From assembly GCF_009914755.1 (NCBI RefSeq), contig NC_060937.1: a DNA stretch of 64,000 bases; one strand, 5' to 3'. Below the pieces are notes generated by a model. It searched no databases. It had not been told where the DNA came from and saw nothing but the letters and a program-made list of their open reading frames with translations. A program made the position numbers and the translations under genes. Positions 13,064-26,260 of the stretch are shown piece after piece. The stretch's first letter is position 1. Each line of letters opens with the position of its first letter. This DNA comes from the human T2T-CHM13v2.0 reference genome, Homo sapiens.

Positions 13064-14591
13064 GAGAATGACCCTAAAGGAATTTCAGAGGTCTTCAAGG
13101 ATTCCCATCTTATCACAAGCCAAGAGTGCTAGAGCCTTGCAGTCAGAATTTTTTAAAGGGAGGGGTCCAGGGCAGAGGCGGTACTTTTGGACTCACTGTC
13201 CAGGGCTGCCTCAAGTATATGCTCCCTGTATTTTCCTTAGGCAGGCTCAGGTGCATCTCAGGCCACAATTCTGGAAGGTGCAAAAGGTGAGCTATGGCAG
13301 CATGTACATGGTGCTTACTCTGCAGGTGTATGGTGTATAGGAGCTGTGGAGGCACGACTTCACCTATCTTTATTTAAAAGGATGCCTTAGAAAGCCTTGA
13401 TGCCCAACCAACAATTTGCTACATATGTGGAGCTATCACTGAGAGCCCCCAGTAGTGCAAAACTTAGAGGAATTGTGGGGGCAGGACTGCCTCCGAGACC
13501 CCATAACAGTAGAGCAATCAGCATGATATGCCAGCCTGTGAGAGCTATAGGCACATGACTCCAACCTATGAGAGCTTTTGTGCACACTTTGCCCAGCAAA
13601 GCCATGGTTACATGGCTGTCCAAGACTTTAAGGACCCAGTTCCCACTCTAGTGTGTCCAGAAGCCTAGACATGGAGTCAAATAAGATGACAATTAACTCT
13701 TAAGATTTAATTTTGTTTTTCTTTTTGAGTTTTGGGCTTACTTGAGTCCTGTTACTCCTCTCCTTTCTTACCACTACCTTTTGCAATAGAAATGTCTGTC
13801 CTATGCTTGTCTCACCATTGGATTTTGAAAGCACATAACTTGTTTGATTTCACAGGCTCTCAGCAAGAGAGAAATTTGTTTTGGAATAAATTGTGCCTTA
13901 AGTCTCACCCAAATCTGATTTAGATGAAGCTTTAGACTTAGATTTTAAAGTTGATTTGGAATGCGTTCAGAATTTGGGGGCTGCTGGGCATAGGAGTGCG
14001 AGCCTGTAGTCCCAGCCACTTGGAGGCTGAGGCAGGAAAATCACTTAAGCCCAAGAGTTGGAATCTAGCCTGGGTAACAGCAAAGCACTGTCTCTAAGCT
14101 GAAAACATAAATAAATTGATTAAATTAAATAATTTAATTTTGGGGGTTATGTAGATGAAGAGTATTTTTTTTTGTATGAGGCCTTCAATTTCAGAAGGCC
14201 AGAGACAGAATATTGTCCTCTGCAAATTTTCTGTTAAAACTTAATCCCTAATGTATTGAGAAGTGTAGTTTTTTGAAAGGTGATTAGATCAAGAGGGTGC
14301 TACACTTATGAATGGACTAATGCCATTATAAAAAGGGCTTGTGAGAGAAGTTTGCTTTCTTTTTCTATTCTACATGTGAGGACAGGATGTTCATCCTTTC
14401 TGGCCGTTCCACATTCCACCATGTGGGAACACAGCAAGAAGACACTGAGAAGATGTTGGCACCTTCATCTGGACTTTCTGGAACCCAGTATTTATTTTTT
14501 ATAAATACTTGAGTGTGTGAAATAAATATATATTCCTCACAAATTATCCACTCTAAGTATTCTGTTAAAGCAGCACAAACTGACAAAGACA
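13064..14591 (+). mobile_element. MST/MLT1A-type MaLR internal region plus LTR (~14208-14591, MSTD-like)
   Basis: MaLR internal motifs (AACTTGTTTGATTTCACAGGCTC) and LTR end GTATTCTGTTAAAGCAGCACAAACTGACAAAGACA. Confidence 0.75.
13982..14125 (+). mobile_element. Alu monomer (FLAM-like)
   Basis: Single arm GCCTGTAGTCCCAGC..GAGGCTGAGGCAGG..AGCCTGGGTAAC; TSD-like atttggggg flanks. Confidence 0.75.
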
Positions 14592-14599
14592 GAAATTGA

Positions 14600-17040
14600 T
14601 CACATGCCAGAGATGCAAAGGGGGTTCAACATACACATATCTATTAATGTGACATACCACAATAACAAAATCTATATGACCATTTTAATAGATACAAAGA
14701 ATGCTTTTGATGAAATTCAACATGTTTTCATGATTAACAGTATAAAATATTAGATGTAGAAGGAATTTACATCAATACAATAAAGGTTATATGTTACAAA
14801 CCCAGAGATAACATCAGTCTCAACAGGGTAATGTTAAAGTTTTTCCCTAAGATATGAAGTAAGACAATTTTGCCCAGTCTTGCTACTCCTATACAATATG
14901 GTACTGGAAGTCCCAGCCAGAGTAATTAGATAAATGAAAACAATAAAAGACACCCAAATGGAAAAATTAAAAGTTAAATTTTCCCCATTTGAAGATGGCA
15001 TGATCTTCTATGTAGAAAATTCTAAAGACTACACTAAATAAAAAATTGTTAGACCTCATAAATATACTAAATAAAATTGAAAGATAGAAAAAAAAGTAGC
15101 ATTTAATATACTAACAATGAAATATCTAAAAAGAGAATAAAAACAGTCCTTTTTATAATAGCTACAAAAAATTACTTAGGGAAAAATTTAACCAATGAAT
15201 GAAAGAACTTGAAGAAGACACAATAAAATGAATGATATCTCGTGTTCATAGATTGGGTAAATATTATTAATATATCCATAATACCAAACACAGTCTACAG
15301 ATTCATCACACTACAAATTTTCAATCACATTATTGAGAGAAATAGGAAAAACAATCCTAAGGTTTGCATGGAACCACGAAAGATCCAGAATAACGAAAGC
15401 AATCTTGAGCAAAAAGAATAAAGCTAGAGACATTACACCCCAGATTTCAAAAATACATTATAAATCTATAGTAATAAAAAAATCATGATGCTTACCGAAA
15501 AGCAGACATATGGAGCCACGGAACAGAATAGGGAACCCAGAAATAGATCCACACATTTACAGCCTGCTGATTTTCAACAAAGTTGAGAAGAACACAAAAC
15601 GGGGAAAAGGTAGTCCCTTCAAACAATGGTATTGAGACAAGTAGATTTTCACATTCAGATAAATGAAATTGTTATTAACTATAGTTGCCCTATTGTGCTA
15701 CCAAATACTAGATCATATTCTTTCTACCTAACTGTATTTCTGATAAATAATGATAAATATTTTAGGAGGTAAAAATCCCAGTTATCAAGATTTGATCATT
15801 ACACATTGTATACTTGTTTCATGTATCACATATGCCCCATAAATATGTACAGCTATTATGTATTCATAAAAATTAAAATTAAAAAAACTAAGAAAGAAGT
15901 TAGACCCTTATATCATATCACATACAAAAATCAACTCAAAATGGATTAAAGACTTAAATGCAATAACTGAAACTGAATAGCCACTAGAAGAAAACATAGG
16001 GAAAAAGCTCCATTATATTTTTATGGGGAATGATTTTTTTAGATATGAACCGAAAAACAGTCAACAAAAGCAAAAATAGACAAATGGAATAACATCAAAG
16101 TAGAACATTTCCATACAACAGAGGAAACAATCAAGAGAATTATGAGACAACCTATGAAATGGATAAGATATATTCAAACCATATATCTAACAAAGGGTTT
16201 CTATTCAAAATACAAAGGAAACTCATACAACCTAGTAGCAATGAAACAAATAATTTAGAAATGGGCAAAAGATCTAAACAGAAATTTCTCAAAAGAAGAC
16301 ATACAAATGGTGATAGGTTCATGAAAAACTGCTTTACATCATTAATCATCAGGGAAATACAAAGTACAACTACAATGAGAGATCAACTTACACCTGTTAA
16401 AATAGCTATTACTAAAAGCACTAAAGATAACAAATGCTGGCATGTATGAGGGGATAAAGAACTCTTTCAATCTGTTGGTGAGGAAGTAAATTAGTATAGC
16501 CAGTATGGAAAACAGTATGGAATCTCTTCACGATAATAAGAATAGAACTATTATATAATTCAGCGTTCACATTATAGGGTACATATCTAAAGGAAATGAA
16601 ATCAGTATGTAGAAGAGATATCTGCATCATATATTCATATTCATGACAGCATTATTCACAAAAGCCAATAATATATGAGATCAACCTAAGTGTTCATCAA
16701 CAGTGAGTAGATAATGAAAATATTGTATATGTGCCCAGTGGAATATTATTAAGCTTTTAAAAGAAAGATATTTCATCGTTTGTCATGACATGGATGAACC
16801 TAGAGGACATTATATTGAGTAAAATAAGCCAGGCATAGAAAGACAAATACCACATTATCTCATTTATGTGTCCTATTTTTTAAGGTTGAATTCATAGAAG
16901 TAGAGAATATAATTTTCTTTGCCAGGGCCCAGGAATTTTAGCGTTTGAAGCGATGTTGGCCAATAAAATCAAATTTCATTTAGGCAGGGGAGAATAAGTT
17001 CAAGAAATCTATTTTCCAACATGGTGACTATAGTTACCAT
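14600..17040 (+). mobile_element. L1MA element (ORF2 RT to 3' UTR)
   Basis: Sense L1 ORF2 remnants (SLIIREIQSTTTMRDQLTPVKIA) and a 3' UTR. Confidence 0.9.
15670..15886 (+). mobile_element. Short 5'-inverted L1MA tail nested in L1MA
   Basis: Minus piece 15670-15740 then plus tail ending in an A tract; the host resumes at TTAGACCCTTAT. Confidence 0.7.
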
Positions 17041-17259
17041 GTTCGGTCTCATTGGTGCTGCATTGGTCTTGAAGGTGATAAAAGTTTCACACTAAATTGA
17101 TGTCAGAATACTAATGTTTTTGTTCCTGGTAGCTGTGTATTATCTCTTGGTTTAATTTGTCTGAAGTCAGAGAGGCAGTAAAGTTGTCATGAATACAACT
17201 AAATATTTATAACACAATATTTAATATTTATTTAAATTGGTGATAAATTATTTTATGGG

Positions 17260-17475
17260 GGTTAAGAGAATGTACTCTTAAATCAGAATCAATAGATTTG
17301 AATCCCTGCCCAGCCACTTCATAGTTGGATAACTGTGGGTCAGTTACTATAATATCTCCGTACAACAGTTTCTTTTGTTAATGGAAAAACTAATAATGCA
17401 TACTTCATTGAGGTATTGTAAGTATTAAATCAATCTGAGACATAATATGCACTATATGTGTGTGTTACTATTAAT
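17260..17475 (+). mobile_element. MIR
   Basis: TTTGAATCCCTGCCCAGCCACTT..CTGTGGGTCAGTTACT core. Confidence 0.75.
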
Positions 17476-18699
17476 GATATTATTATTACAAATTCCGTAC
17501 CGTATGACTAAGAACCAGTTTTCGTGTATAGGCAAGAATATAACCCAAAGGATAACTGCCATTTCTTTTCTTTCATCCAAGCAAAAGATGTATAAACCAG
17601 GGAAGGCTATGTCACATGTTTCTTATCATAAAGGGTGAAATAATGCTAAACCAGCAGCTAGTAGAGTCTGGCTTGAATTAGTAGGCTCAGCAAAAACATA
17701 CAAGATGTTCTTTCTCTCTCCAAAAATCTCATTATTTTGAACACTGCACACTAGAAAAATGCTTTTTTCTCTCTCTCTTTTTTGGTAGATTGTGTATGAA
17801 TAATGGGATAAAAATTGGAATAAAGAGAAAGTATATGATACTCACCTTCATCTGTCTTCAGAGTTTTAGATGATCTCCAGTCTGTTTTTCTAAGGTTAGA
17901 AGACAAGACAAGTATGAATACCTTACATAACACCTACTGTAGTTAATTTTAAAGGTCACTCTTTTTTTTTTCAAAAATAAAAATGACAAAAAGTTACTGG
18001 CTCATCTCGTCTTTTCTGCTTTTCCTCAAGGGCCAGGTCTCTGAGTTCCTCTCTCACAAACAGTGCAGTGATATTATGTATTACTCTTACCAATTTGTGC
18101 ATGTGATTTTAAAGATGGTATCATTGGGATACTTTGAATAATGATAGCCTGTGTCTTGCGAATTTAGCTAAGAATCTTTCCTCTGGAATCATTTCAGATG
18201 AACAGTAAGGTAAAATACAGTGAAGACAGGAAAACTACCGATTCTTTGAAGGCAGTGTGGCAGCCTCTATGTCCTAGTTTTGTTTTCTGTTAATGTTTAT
18301 TCAAAATTTAAAAACTCAAATAAAAAATGGTATTCCAAATTTTATGCCTATTACAAATTAACTACAATAGAAAAAATAGAGTATTATATTCTCTTCTAAA
18401 CTTAGTTAGGGTAACATAATTTAAAGTGTATTAATTTGTCATGAATTATTCAATCTTGTTTCTACTATTGTGGTGTTCTCACATGCTGAATATTAACTTG
18501 TAGACATCAAGGGATGTATAAGAAAAAGTGCAAGTCAATCTGTTTCTCTATTTTTCCAATTATGGTTGCTTTAGTTTTGGTAGGTGAAAAAAAGTATTTT
18601 AAAAATCGTATTAACTTCCCATTTGTTTTAGAAGGTACAGCTGGAATACCTCTAAATTATTTCTATTCATCCAAACTCATAGTTATTTTTGTGATTTTT

Positions 18700-21130
18700 T
18701 AAAACATTTTTTAAACTTTAAAAAATTTTTAAATAGTTTTAGATTTACAAAAATGTTGCAAGGATACAATAAAGAGCTCTAGTATACCCCATGCTCAGTT
18801 TCCCCTTTTATTTCTATGATGCCTTTATCACAACTAATGAAATAATATTAATACCTTATTATCTAAAGTTTAGACTTTTTTGGATACCCACAATTTCTAT
18901 GTAAAGTCTCCTTTGCTCTTCAAGAATTTCATTCATAAAAATAAAAGAATTCTGTTCAGGATACCACATTACATTTTGTTGTCATGTTTCCTTAGGCTTC
19001 TCTAGAGTGTGACAGTTTCTCAGACTTCCATTGTTTTTTATAACATTGATCATTTTTCAGAGTGCTGGTCCTGTATTTTGCAGAATTCCTTTTGTTTGGG
19101 TGGTCTGATGTTGTTCTCATGGTTAGAGAGTGGTTATAGATTTTGGAGTAAAGACCGCAGATGTAAAGTACTATTCTCATTAATTCTTGTAAAGAGTTTA
19201 TGCTATATCTACACAAATTATTGCTGTCAGTGTCAGCCTTTATTCCCTGGTTGAAGTAGTCTTTGTGAGGTTTATCTACTGTAAAATTATTACTCTTTTA
19301 GAAGAAAGTTACCTTGCTGATTTAACCCTGAAGGGTGGGGTAGTATCCTGAAGGAGGGATGTCTCTTTGATATACCCTCATTGTTGTGTATTGCTTCGCT
19401 TTTGTTTGTTTGCTATGACTCCATTTCTTTCTGGTATGATGAGATGCTCTGGGATCATACTTTATATTTGCTGCCTTAGCCCTAGAATCAGCCATTTCTC
19501 CAAGGAGCCTAGGTTCCTTTTATTGAAGAATGGCATTAGAAACCCAGCTCTGGGAAATGGGTTTGCATGTTGCTAGTATGGTGTTGGTGTTCCTAAGCTC
19601 TTTCAGTGGACAGAGTTAGAAAATACATGCATGTATACTAATCCGTCTCTATACACACCTTTATCTATATTAAACTAAATATGAATTCATGCTCAGGCTT
19701 CTAGCTCTTATGAAATGCCACATAGTTCATTTTAGCTTTTACCACTTGCTTATCTGTAACCCCTTGTTGAAATAGTAAGAAACCTGTGTTCTACCATTTG
19801 TAATTCATTTATTCACACAATTTCAATATACAGTTATAGTGGTTTCAGAATTAACCTACACCCATAAAAGAGTCTTACCATGAATAATCCTATTGGGAGA
19901 ACCCGCCCCCAATATTTCAACATAGGTTCTTTCTATTTTTCCATAAGTGTCAGCCAACTGAGAAATAAAGAGAAAGAGTACAAAGAGAGGAATTTTACAG
20001 CTGGGCCACTGGGGGTGACATCACATATCAGTAGTACCATGATGCTCACCTGAGCCTCAAACCAGCAAGTTTTTTATTAAGGGTTTCAAAAGGGGAGGGA
20101 GTGTAAGAACAGGGAGTAGATCACATGCTTCAAAGGGCAAAAAGGAGAACTACTGATAAGGGTCCAACAAAGATCACAAGGCAAAGGGCAAAAGCAGAAC
20201 TACTGATAAGAGTCTATGTTCAGTGGTGCACGTATTGTCTTGATAAACATCTTAACAGAAAACAGGGTTCCAGAGCAGAGAATCGGTCTGACCACAGATT
20301 TATCAGGGCGGGGTTTTTCCCCACCCTAGTAAGCATGAGGGTACTGCAGGACACCAGGGTGTATCTCAGTCCTTATCTCAACCGCATAGGACAGACATTC
20401 CCAGAGCGGCCATTTACAGACCTCCCCCCAGGAATGCATTCCTTTCCCAGGGTATTAATATTAATATTCTTTGCTAGGAAAAGAATTTAGCAGTATCTTC
20501 CCTACTTGCACGTCCATTTATAGGCTCTCTGCAAGAAGAAAAATATGGCTCTTTTTGCCTGACCCCGCAGGCAGTCAGATTTATGGTTGTCTTCCCTTGT
20601 TCCCTAAAAATTGCTGTTATTCTGTTCTTTTTCAAGGTGCACTGATTTCATATGGTTCAAACACATGTGTTTTACAATCAATTTGTACAGTTAACACAAT
20701 TTTCATAGTGGCCCTCAGCTTACGAAAGAGAACAGGATTAAGAGATTAAATTAAGACAGGCGTAAGAAATTATAAAAGTATTATTTAGGAATTGATAAAT
20801 GTCCATATTAAAATTAAATCTTCACAATTTATGTTCCTCTGCTGCGGCTCCAATTGGTCCCTCCATTTGGGGTCCCTGACTTCCTGCAACATAATCCAGT
20901 GTTTATGTTCATTTCATGCTGTGTTTAGCATTGAGTCTCCACCCATTTACAGAGTTACTCAGATCAGTATCTTTCTTTTTCTCCATCCTTTTCATTGAGA
21001 TTACACATATATTTTCCTTGGTAAGAGAGTGAAATTCTTTTGTCACAGTCTGCATTCTATATTTGTAATTCCCCAACTTTCTCAATAATTTTTTAATTGC
21101 ATACATTAAGTTTCACTCTTTCTACAAATT
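18700..21130 (-). mobile_element. L1MC/MD-type 3' region, interrupted by MER11
   Basis: TAGTTTTAGATTTACAAAAATGTTGCAAG and AATCAGCCATTTCTCCAAGGAGCC signatures. Confidence 0.7.
19891..20891 (-). mobile_element. MER11 solo LTR (HERV-K11/HML-8)
   Basis: CCCCCAATATTTCAAC...GGGGTCCCTGACTTCCTGCAACA; perfect 6-bp TSD TAATCC (19885-19890, 20892-20897). Confidence 0.92.
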
Positions 21131-22595
21131 AATATTTTATTGTTTTTTTTTTTTGCTTTACCCTACTTTTTCTCTGTTGTTCCCCATGACTCTCAATTTA
21201 ATTGTGGATACATAGAGGTGATTTAGGTTTAGTGAGAGAGCCGTCTCTGCAGTCTCCTTGTCCTGAGCAATTCTGCTCAATTGAAAGTATTAACTTTGGA
21301 AACACCTACTTTTTACATGGTTTGTAAAAACCATGTGTAATGGTTTCAGAATGTTACTATTTGCCTTGAAAAGCCATCATGGACTCACATTTTTGTGAGG
21401 CACATAAATTACCTCCCAGAAATCACTTTATACAATGCTTTCCTAGCATGTAATTATGTAAATATTCTTCTACCCTTCCATATATGTTTCCTCAAACCCA
21501 CCACTCAGCCCTAGAGCAATCATATACATAATTTGGTTTAGGTGTGTGTGTTTTTCTGTGTGCATGTGTGTATGTATACACGGGGGTTAACACAGTAGTT
21601 CATTTCTAAATACACGTTTGTATGTTTTTTATAGTCTGAGTTAACAGTGCAATTAAAAAAACTTGTATGAGTAATATTTATTTATTTTTCCCATTATAGG
21701 TCCACTGTGGATCAACAGTGTAGCTCTGCTCAGCACACTGACTTAGGAACTGAGCCAACAGAAACTCCAACTCAACACATTTTTTCTAGTAACACCAGAG
21801 CAGAAAAATAACCTTAAAACATCTAATCTGGAGTGACGCATGTCATCAATGACTATATTTCATCTACTAAAGCAACTGAGGATACATGTATATTCAAATG
21901 AAATGGTAAGGGACATTTCTACCATGAACTTGAAAGAGCAGCAATGATTAAGGGTCAATACAATGATAAATCCTTTTTCAACTGGAAATAAACCTCAGAA
22001 TCCTAAGTACTGCATATGAGGGAAAAAATAAAACCATGATATGACACAAAGATATACATACAAATCACAATGATATTATTAATTACTTATATTCAAATAA
22101 GCTATATTTTGTGGCTATATATTTTTACTCCAAAAATTGAAAAAAATATAATTTTTCAAATTTTAACTAAATGCCAAAGGATAAAATAATATCATAAATG
22201 GTAAATATATTCTAACAATAATTGCTATAACTTCAGTTATTTTATTGACTTTTATAAATGTATGTTACATGTATTTAACAAGTAATGTCTTATATTGCAT
22301 GTAGATTTTTGAAGTGTTAGAGAGATTCCTTTATTATATTTCAAAAATTATATTTCCAGTAAGAGTATTCCATGTGGGAGATGTTAATGACTTTTCCCAA
22401 ATCGCTCAATCTTCCTTGATGAAATCATAAAAACTTTGACTTTCCATTGGAAATGAGGTTTCAGAACAAAGTGGGACTTCTAAAAATTGATTTGTTGTCC
22501 ATTAAGTGGGAAACTTTCTTTGTTTTTCTCTTTTTGGTTACTTGCATTTTGAGGGAAATCTTCAGGAGCTGATTCTATTCAATTGTCATTGCCTA

Positions 22596-23341
22596 TGACA
22601 AAAATTCTATTCTTGACCAAACTGGAGAAAGGTTCCTCTGAGTGCTCTATTCAAGAAGGCCTCAACTCTACTGCAGACTCTCACTACCTCTCCAAACTCT
22701 TATTAAGATTTGCACAAACACTAACATATTTTCAAACAGCTCAAGGGCATATTCCAAGGATGACCTTAGGTCCCTTTAATGTGCAGTATAAAGAAACTGA
22801 GAGATATCAGGAGAATTACAATTTGTTCTAATAAAAAATCTAGTAATAATCAGGCCCCTGACCTGCACACCTCCCCCCTGCCCCTGCCCCTGCCCCCCTA
22901 TAGAGGAGTTACTTTAGAATGCTAACAGTTGTAAATCCTTTCTCTCCCACTTTGAGATGTTGGAATTCCATCAACAAGAACTATATTTTCAAGGACCTGA
23001 GAGCCATTTCTTCCAGATGCAAACATCCAGAGAAATAACTCCAGCTCTCCCTCACAGCCTGGTGAGTGTCTTGCTCTAACTTGCACTATTACTTTCTGTC
23101 ATGAAGACAGATAAGTTATCTCCTTCAGATAAGCATGAAGAACAAACTCAATCTCTGTTTTAACTCTCCGCTAGTTTCCTCTTTCTACTCCTTCATTCTT
23201 TCTTTAAAATACTCAGTCACCTCTGCACAAAACAAAGTTGACTTCAGTTCAAGATAGACCATCTTCCCCATTGCAATAATGATTATTGAATAAAGTCTGT
23301 CCTTGCCAATTTAAAAACTCATGTTCAGTTTATCTTTGACC
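22596..23341 (+). mobile_element. ERV1 solo LTR of the MER31/MER67 group
   Basis: Starts TGACAAAAATTCTATTCTTGACCAAACT; TCAAGGACCTGAGAGCCAT; AATAAA near the 3' end. Confidence 0.7.
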
Positions 23342-23544
23342 TCTCTCATCCCGTCTTCTCTGATGACTTAGATTTTTATCATCTCAGCATTCATTCTCTG
23401 ATTTTTCCTCAAAATGTTACCATCATAAAAGATGAATCCTCTATGAGAGCAACAGAGATGAGAAAGTCAGCTAACCTCTGAGAGGGAAACATTGAGTAGT
23501 GGCTTAGGATAGACTGAGTGATCTGATTAAAGAATCTCAGTTGC

Positions 23545-23850
23545 GGTCAGGTGAGGTGGCTCACACCTAGTGTAATCCTAGCACTTTGGGAGGCCGAGGC
23601 CAGTGGATCACCTGAGGTCAGGAGGTCGAGACCAGCCTGACCAACATGGCAAAACCCTGTCTCTACTAAAAAATAAAAAAAAATAAAAAATTGGCTGGGC
23701 ATGGTGACAGCACCTGTAATCCCAGCTACATGTGAGGCTGAGGCAGGAGAATCGCTTAAACCTGGAAGGTGGAGGTGCAGTGAGCTGAGATTGCACCATT
23801 GCACTCCAGCCTGGGAGACAGAACAAGACTCCATCTCAAAAAAAAAAAAA
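23545..23850 (+). mobile_element. AluS
   Basis: Full dimer; 15-bp TSD aagaat(c/t)tcagttgc. Confidence 0.93.
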
Positions 23851-24504
23851 AAGAATTTCAGTTGCAAAGAAAAAAGTGAAAGAGTAGGAATGGTTGAGAG
23901 ATGAATTCTGATTAGAGTCTATACAGAGAAGAACTAAAATAAGTAACCCCATAGTGCATAATGACATGTGATCTGGCAGACTTGGATTCCTGAGTGCCTC
24001 AGCAAATAAGGATAAGATACATGTTGAGCAAAGCAGTACAGCTATAAAACAATATAACTATTTTAAATACCTGGGCTGCTAGTGTCACCACTGAGAGATG
24101 GAGATGACTCCTTAGGACACTCAAAGACTAAATATACTGGAACTCTTTTGCTCTAAATAGAAATATTGTGCCTTGCACAGTGTTTAACATATAATCTGCT
24201 AAAAAATGTGTCAGCATAAATACAAGAAGTAATTCAGGTTAAGGCATCAATGACAATGACAGGTAAAGTCTTCACAATAATATTTTTCTGGTGAAGATGT
24301 TGTGAAATTCCTCTTCAGCAGATCATCTTTTGGAAAAAGAACTAGAGAAAGAGTTTAAGTGGAATCGGTTTCCTAAATAAATGAAAGCCGATTGAATGTA
24401 GTTTTTTGCCAACATAGAAAGTTACAAATCTTGAAACTGTTTGTGGCCAAAGATTGAAGAATGGAGCAATGATAGGTAAATGTAGGGAGTCCCTATGTGG
24501 TTAA

Positions 24505-24720
24505 TATTTTTTTCAAGTTCATGAGATACAATTTGCATACAGTACAAACCTTGCTTTTAAAACGGTTAGTTCCATGAGTTCTGATAAGTGGATGCAATCA
24601 GGTAACCGCCAACACAATCATGGTATAGAATATTTTTATCATCCTCCAAAAAGTTATTTTATGCCCTCTTGGAGTCAGTATCAATCCTCACTTCATTCTC
24701 TGGAAACCACAGATTTTGGT
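24505..24720 (-). mobile_element. L1MB/ME 3' terminal fragment
   Basis: Antisense tail motif (atacaatttgcatacagta..atgagttctgata..atagaatattt). Confidence 0.7.
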
Positions 24721-25279
24721 AGATTAAATACACAGAGTGCTTGCTCTGAAGCCACTCCCTTTTCATTTGTCTCAAGTACCTTGGTATCTTTTTTGATCAT
24801 TCACTTTATAAGAAAGAAAAAAAAACTTTTACAATCTATCATGTGTATCCATGTTTTCTTTGGTGTTTTTATTAATATAGATCATTTATTTATATCTTTG
24901 TTTCCAGAAACTAATACATTTAGCACAGTTGAAGCCCCGATGCTTTGGTTCTATTATAAACATACATGACAAGATAGAACCTAACAATCATTTGTAAATT
25001 TAAAAGTAATGTTAGCAATTTACATATATTCATCACATACTATGAAGGGAGGTAAACATTTATAATCTCTATATACACAAGAGTCTCTTCTTTGAACTGC
25101 TTTAAACTTTGAAGGCAAGTAATATTGGGTGAATATATACTCTTAGGTATTTTGTAACCACTAAGTTGGGAATTAGTCTAAGCATGAGGAATGCAGCAGT
25201 GAATTATTAAGACAAAAATATTTGCCCTAAAGAAACTAACATTCTTTTGGTTCTAACACTATGTGTATTAAAAGACTGT

Positions 25280-25520
25280 AGGGTTTGTGTCAAAAGCATG
25301 GCCGTCTTAGTTGGAGTGGCCTGAATTCAGAATTTGCCCTGTTGATGGCTGCAAGACACTGTAAAGTCACCTATCCTTTAAGTACCTCAGGTTTCCCGTT
25401 ATAAAATAGAACTATAGACAGTTATCTTAAGATACTGCCGTCAAGATATAGCACGTAAAGTTTTTGCATAATGTTGGAGATATAATGTGCGCTTAATAAA
25501 AAGATAATTAGCATTTATTA
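25280..25520 (+). mobile_element. MIR
   Basis: AAGTCAC..CCTCAGGTTTCC..TAAAAT and 3' GCGCTTAATAAA. Confidence 0.65.
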
Positions 25521-25569
25521 TCATGAAACAGATGACATCATTTGACATCAGTAAAACGCTAAGCAGTAT

Positions 25570-26239
25570 TGATACAGGAGGTAGAAATAAATTATTTAGA
25601 CAGTGAGGGCAACAGAGTTCTCAGCAGAGCTTCCCTTCTAACAAACAGCAATCCCCAAAATCATGTCTTTTATAACAAATAGCAGCCTGAAAAATCACGC
25701 TGAAAACATAAATAAGCAAGCTGGAAGCTTGCATGGGGGAATGGCAGCAGCTGTGCCAATAGAAAAGTCTTACCAGGGGTCAGCCATGTCCGGTATGGAG
25801 GTTTCATTTTCCTTTATTTTGTTACAGTGTGTACAGGAACAAAGGAATGGGCAACATGGCACACCTCAAGCAGAGAACCCACCTGCATGATAAAATATTA
25901 GGGTGGGGGCAGCCAGAAATTTGTGCCCTATCCAAATGCACACCTAGACCAAACCAGATCGCATGCCCTATGCAAATGCTGCACTGGTCCAACCAGTCTT
26001 TCTCGCCCTGTGTAAATCAGACACCACCTCCTCACGAGCTCATCTATAAAACCCTTTCATTTCACCACAGATTTGGCAACCCATTTCTCTGGGAGCCCTC
26101 TCTGCAGCAGAGAGCTCTTCTTTTTCTTGCACCTATTAAACTTCAGTTCTTAACTTCACTCTGTGTGTCGATATTCTTGTTCTCTATGGCCGTGAGACCA
26201 TAAACCTCGGGTGATACTCCAGACAATGATGCTGTTTCA
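25570..26239 (+). mobile_element. 5' LTR (LTR9B-like, ~670 bp)
   Basis: TG...CA termini; TATAAAA at 26045; ATTAAA at 26135; octamer ATGCAAAT at 25970; aligns with 33778-34649. Confidence 0.9.
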
Positions 26240-26241
26240 TT

Positions 26242-26260
26242 GTGGAGGCCCATTGGGGAT
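26242..26260 (+). promoter_or_regulatory. Degenerate primer-binding site (tRNA-Pro expected for HUERS-P; Thr/Ile not excluded)
   Basis: TGGAGGCCCATTGGGGAT just after the LTR end; about 5 mismatches to the tRNA-Pro PBS TGGGGGCTCGTCCGGGAT. Confidence 0.55.

Noticed and set aside
17840-17940. Possible minus-strand exon (AAG/GTGAGT donor near 17845)
   Set aside because: No convincing acceptor or polypyrimidine tract and no coding signal; cannot be supported without transcript data.
21315-21336. Small hairpin ACATGGTTT-gtaa-AAACCATGT
   Set aside because: A 9-bp stem is expected by chance in 64 kb of AT-rich DNA.
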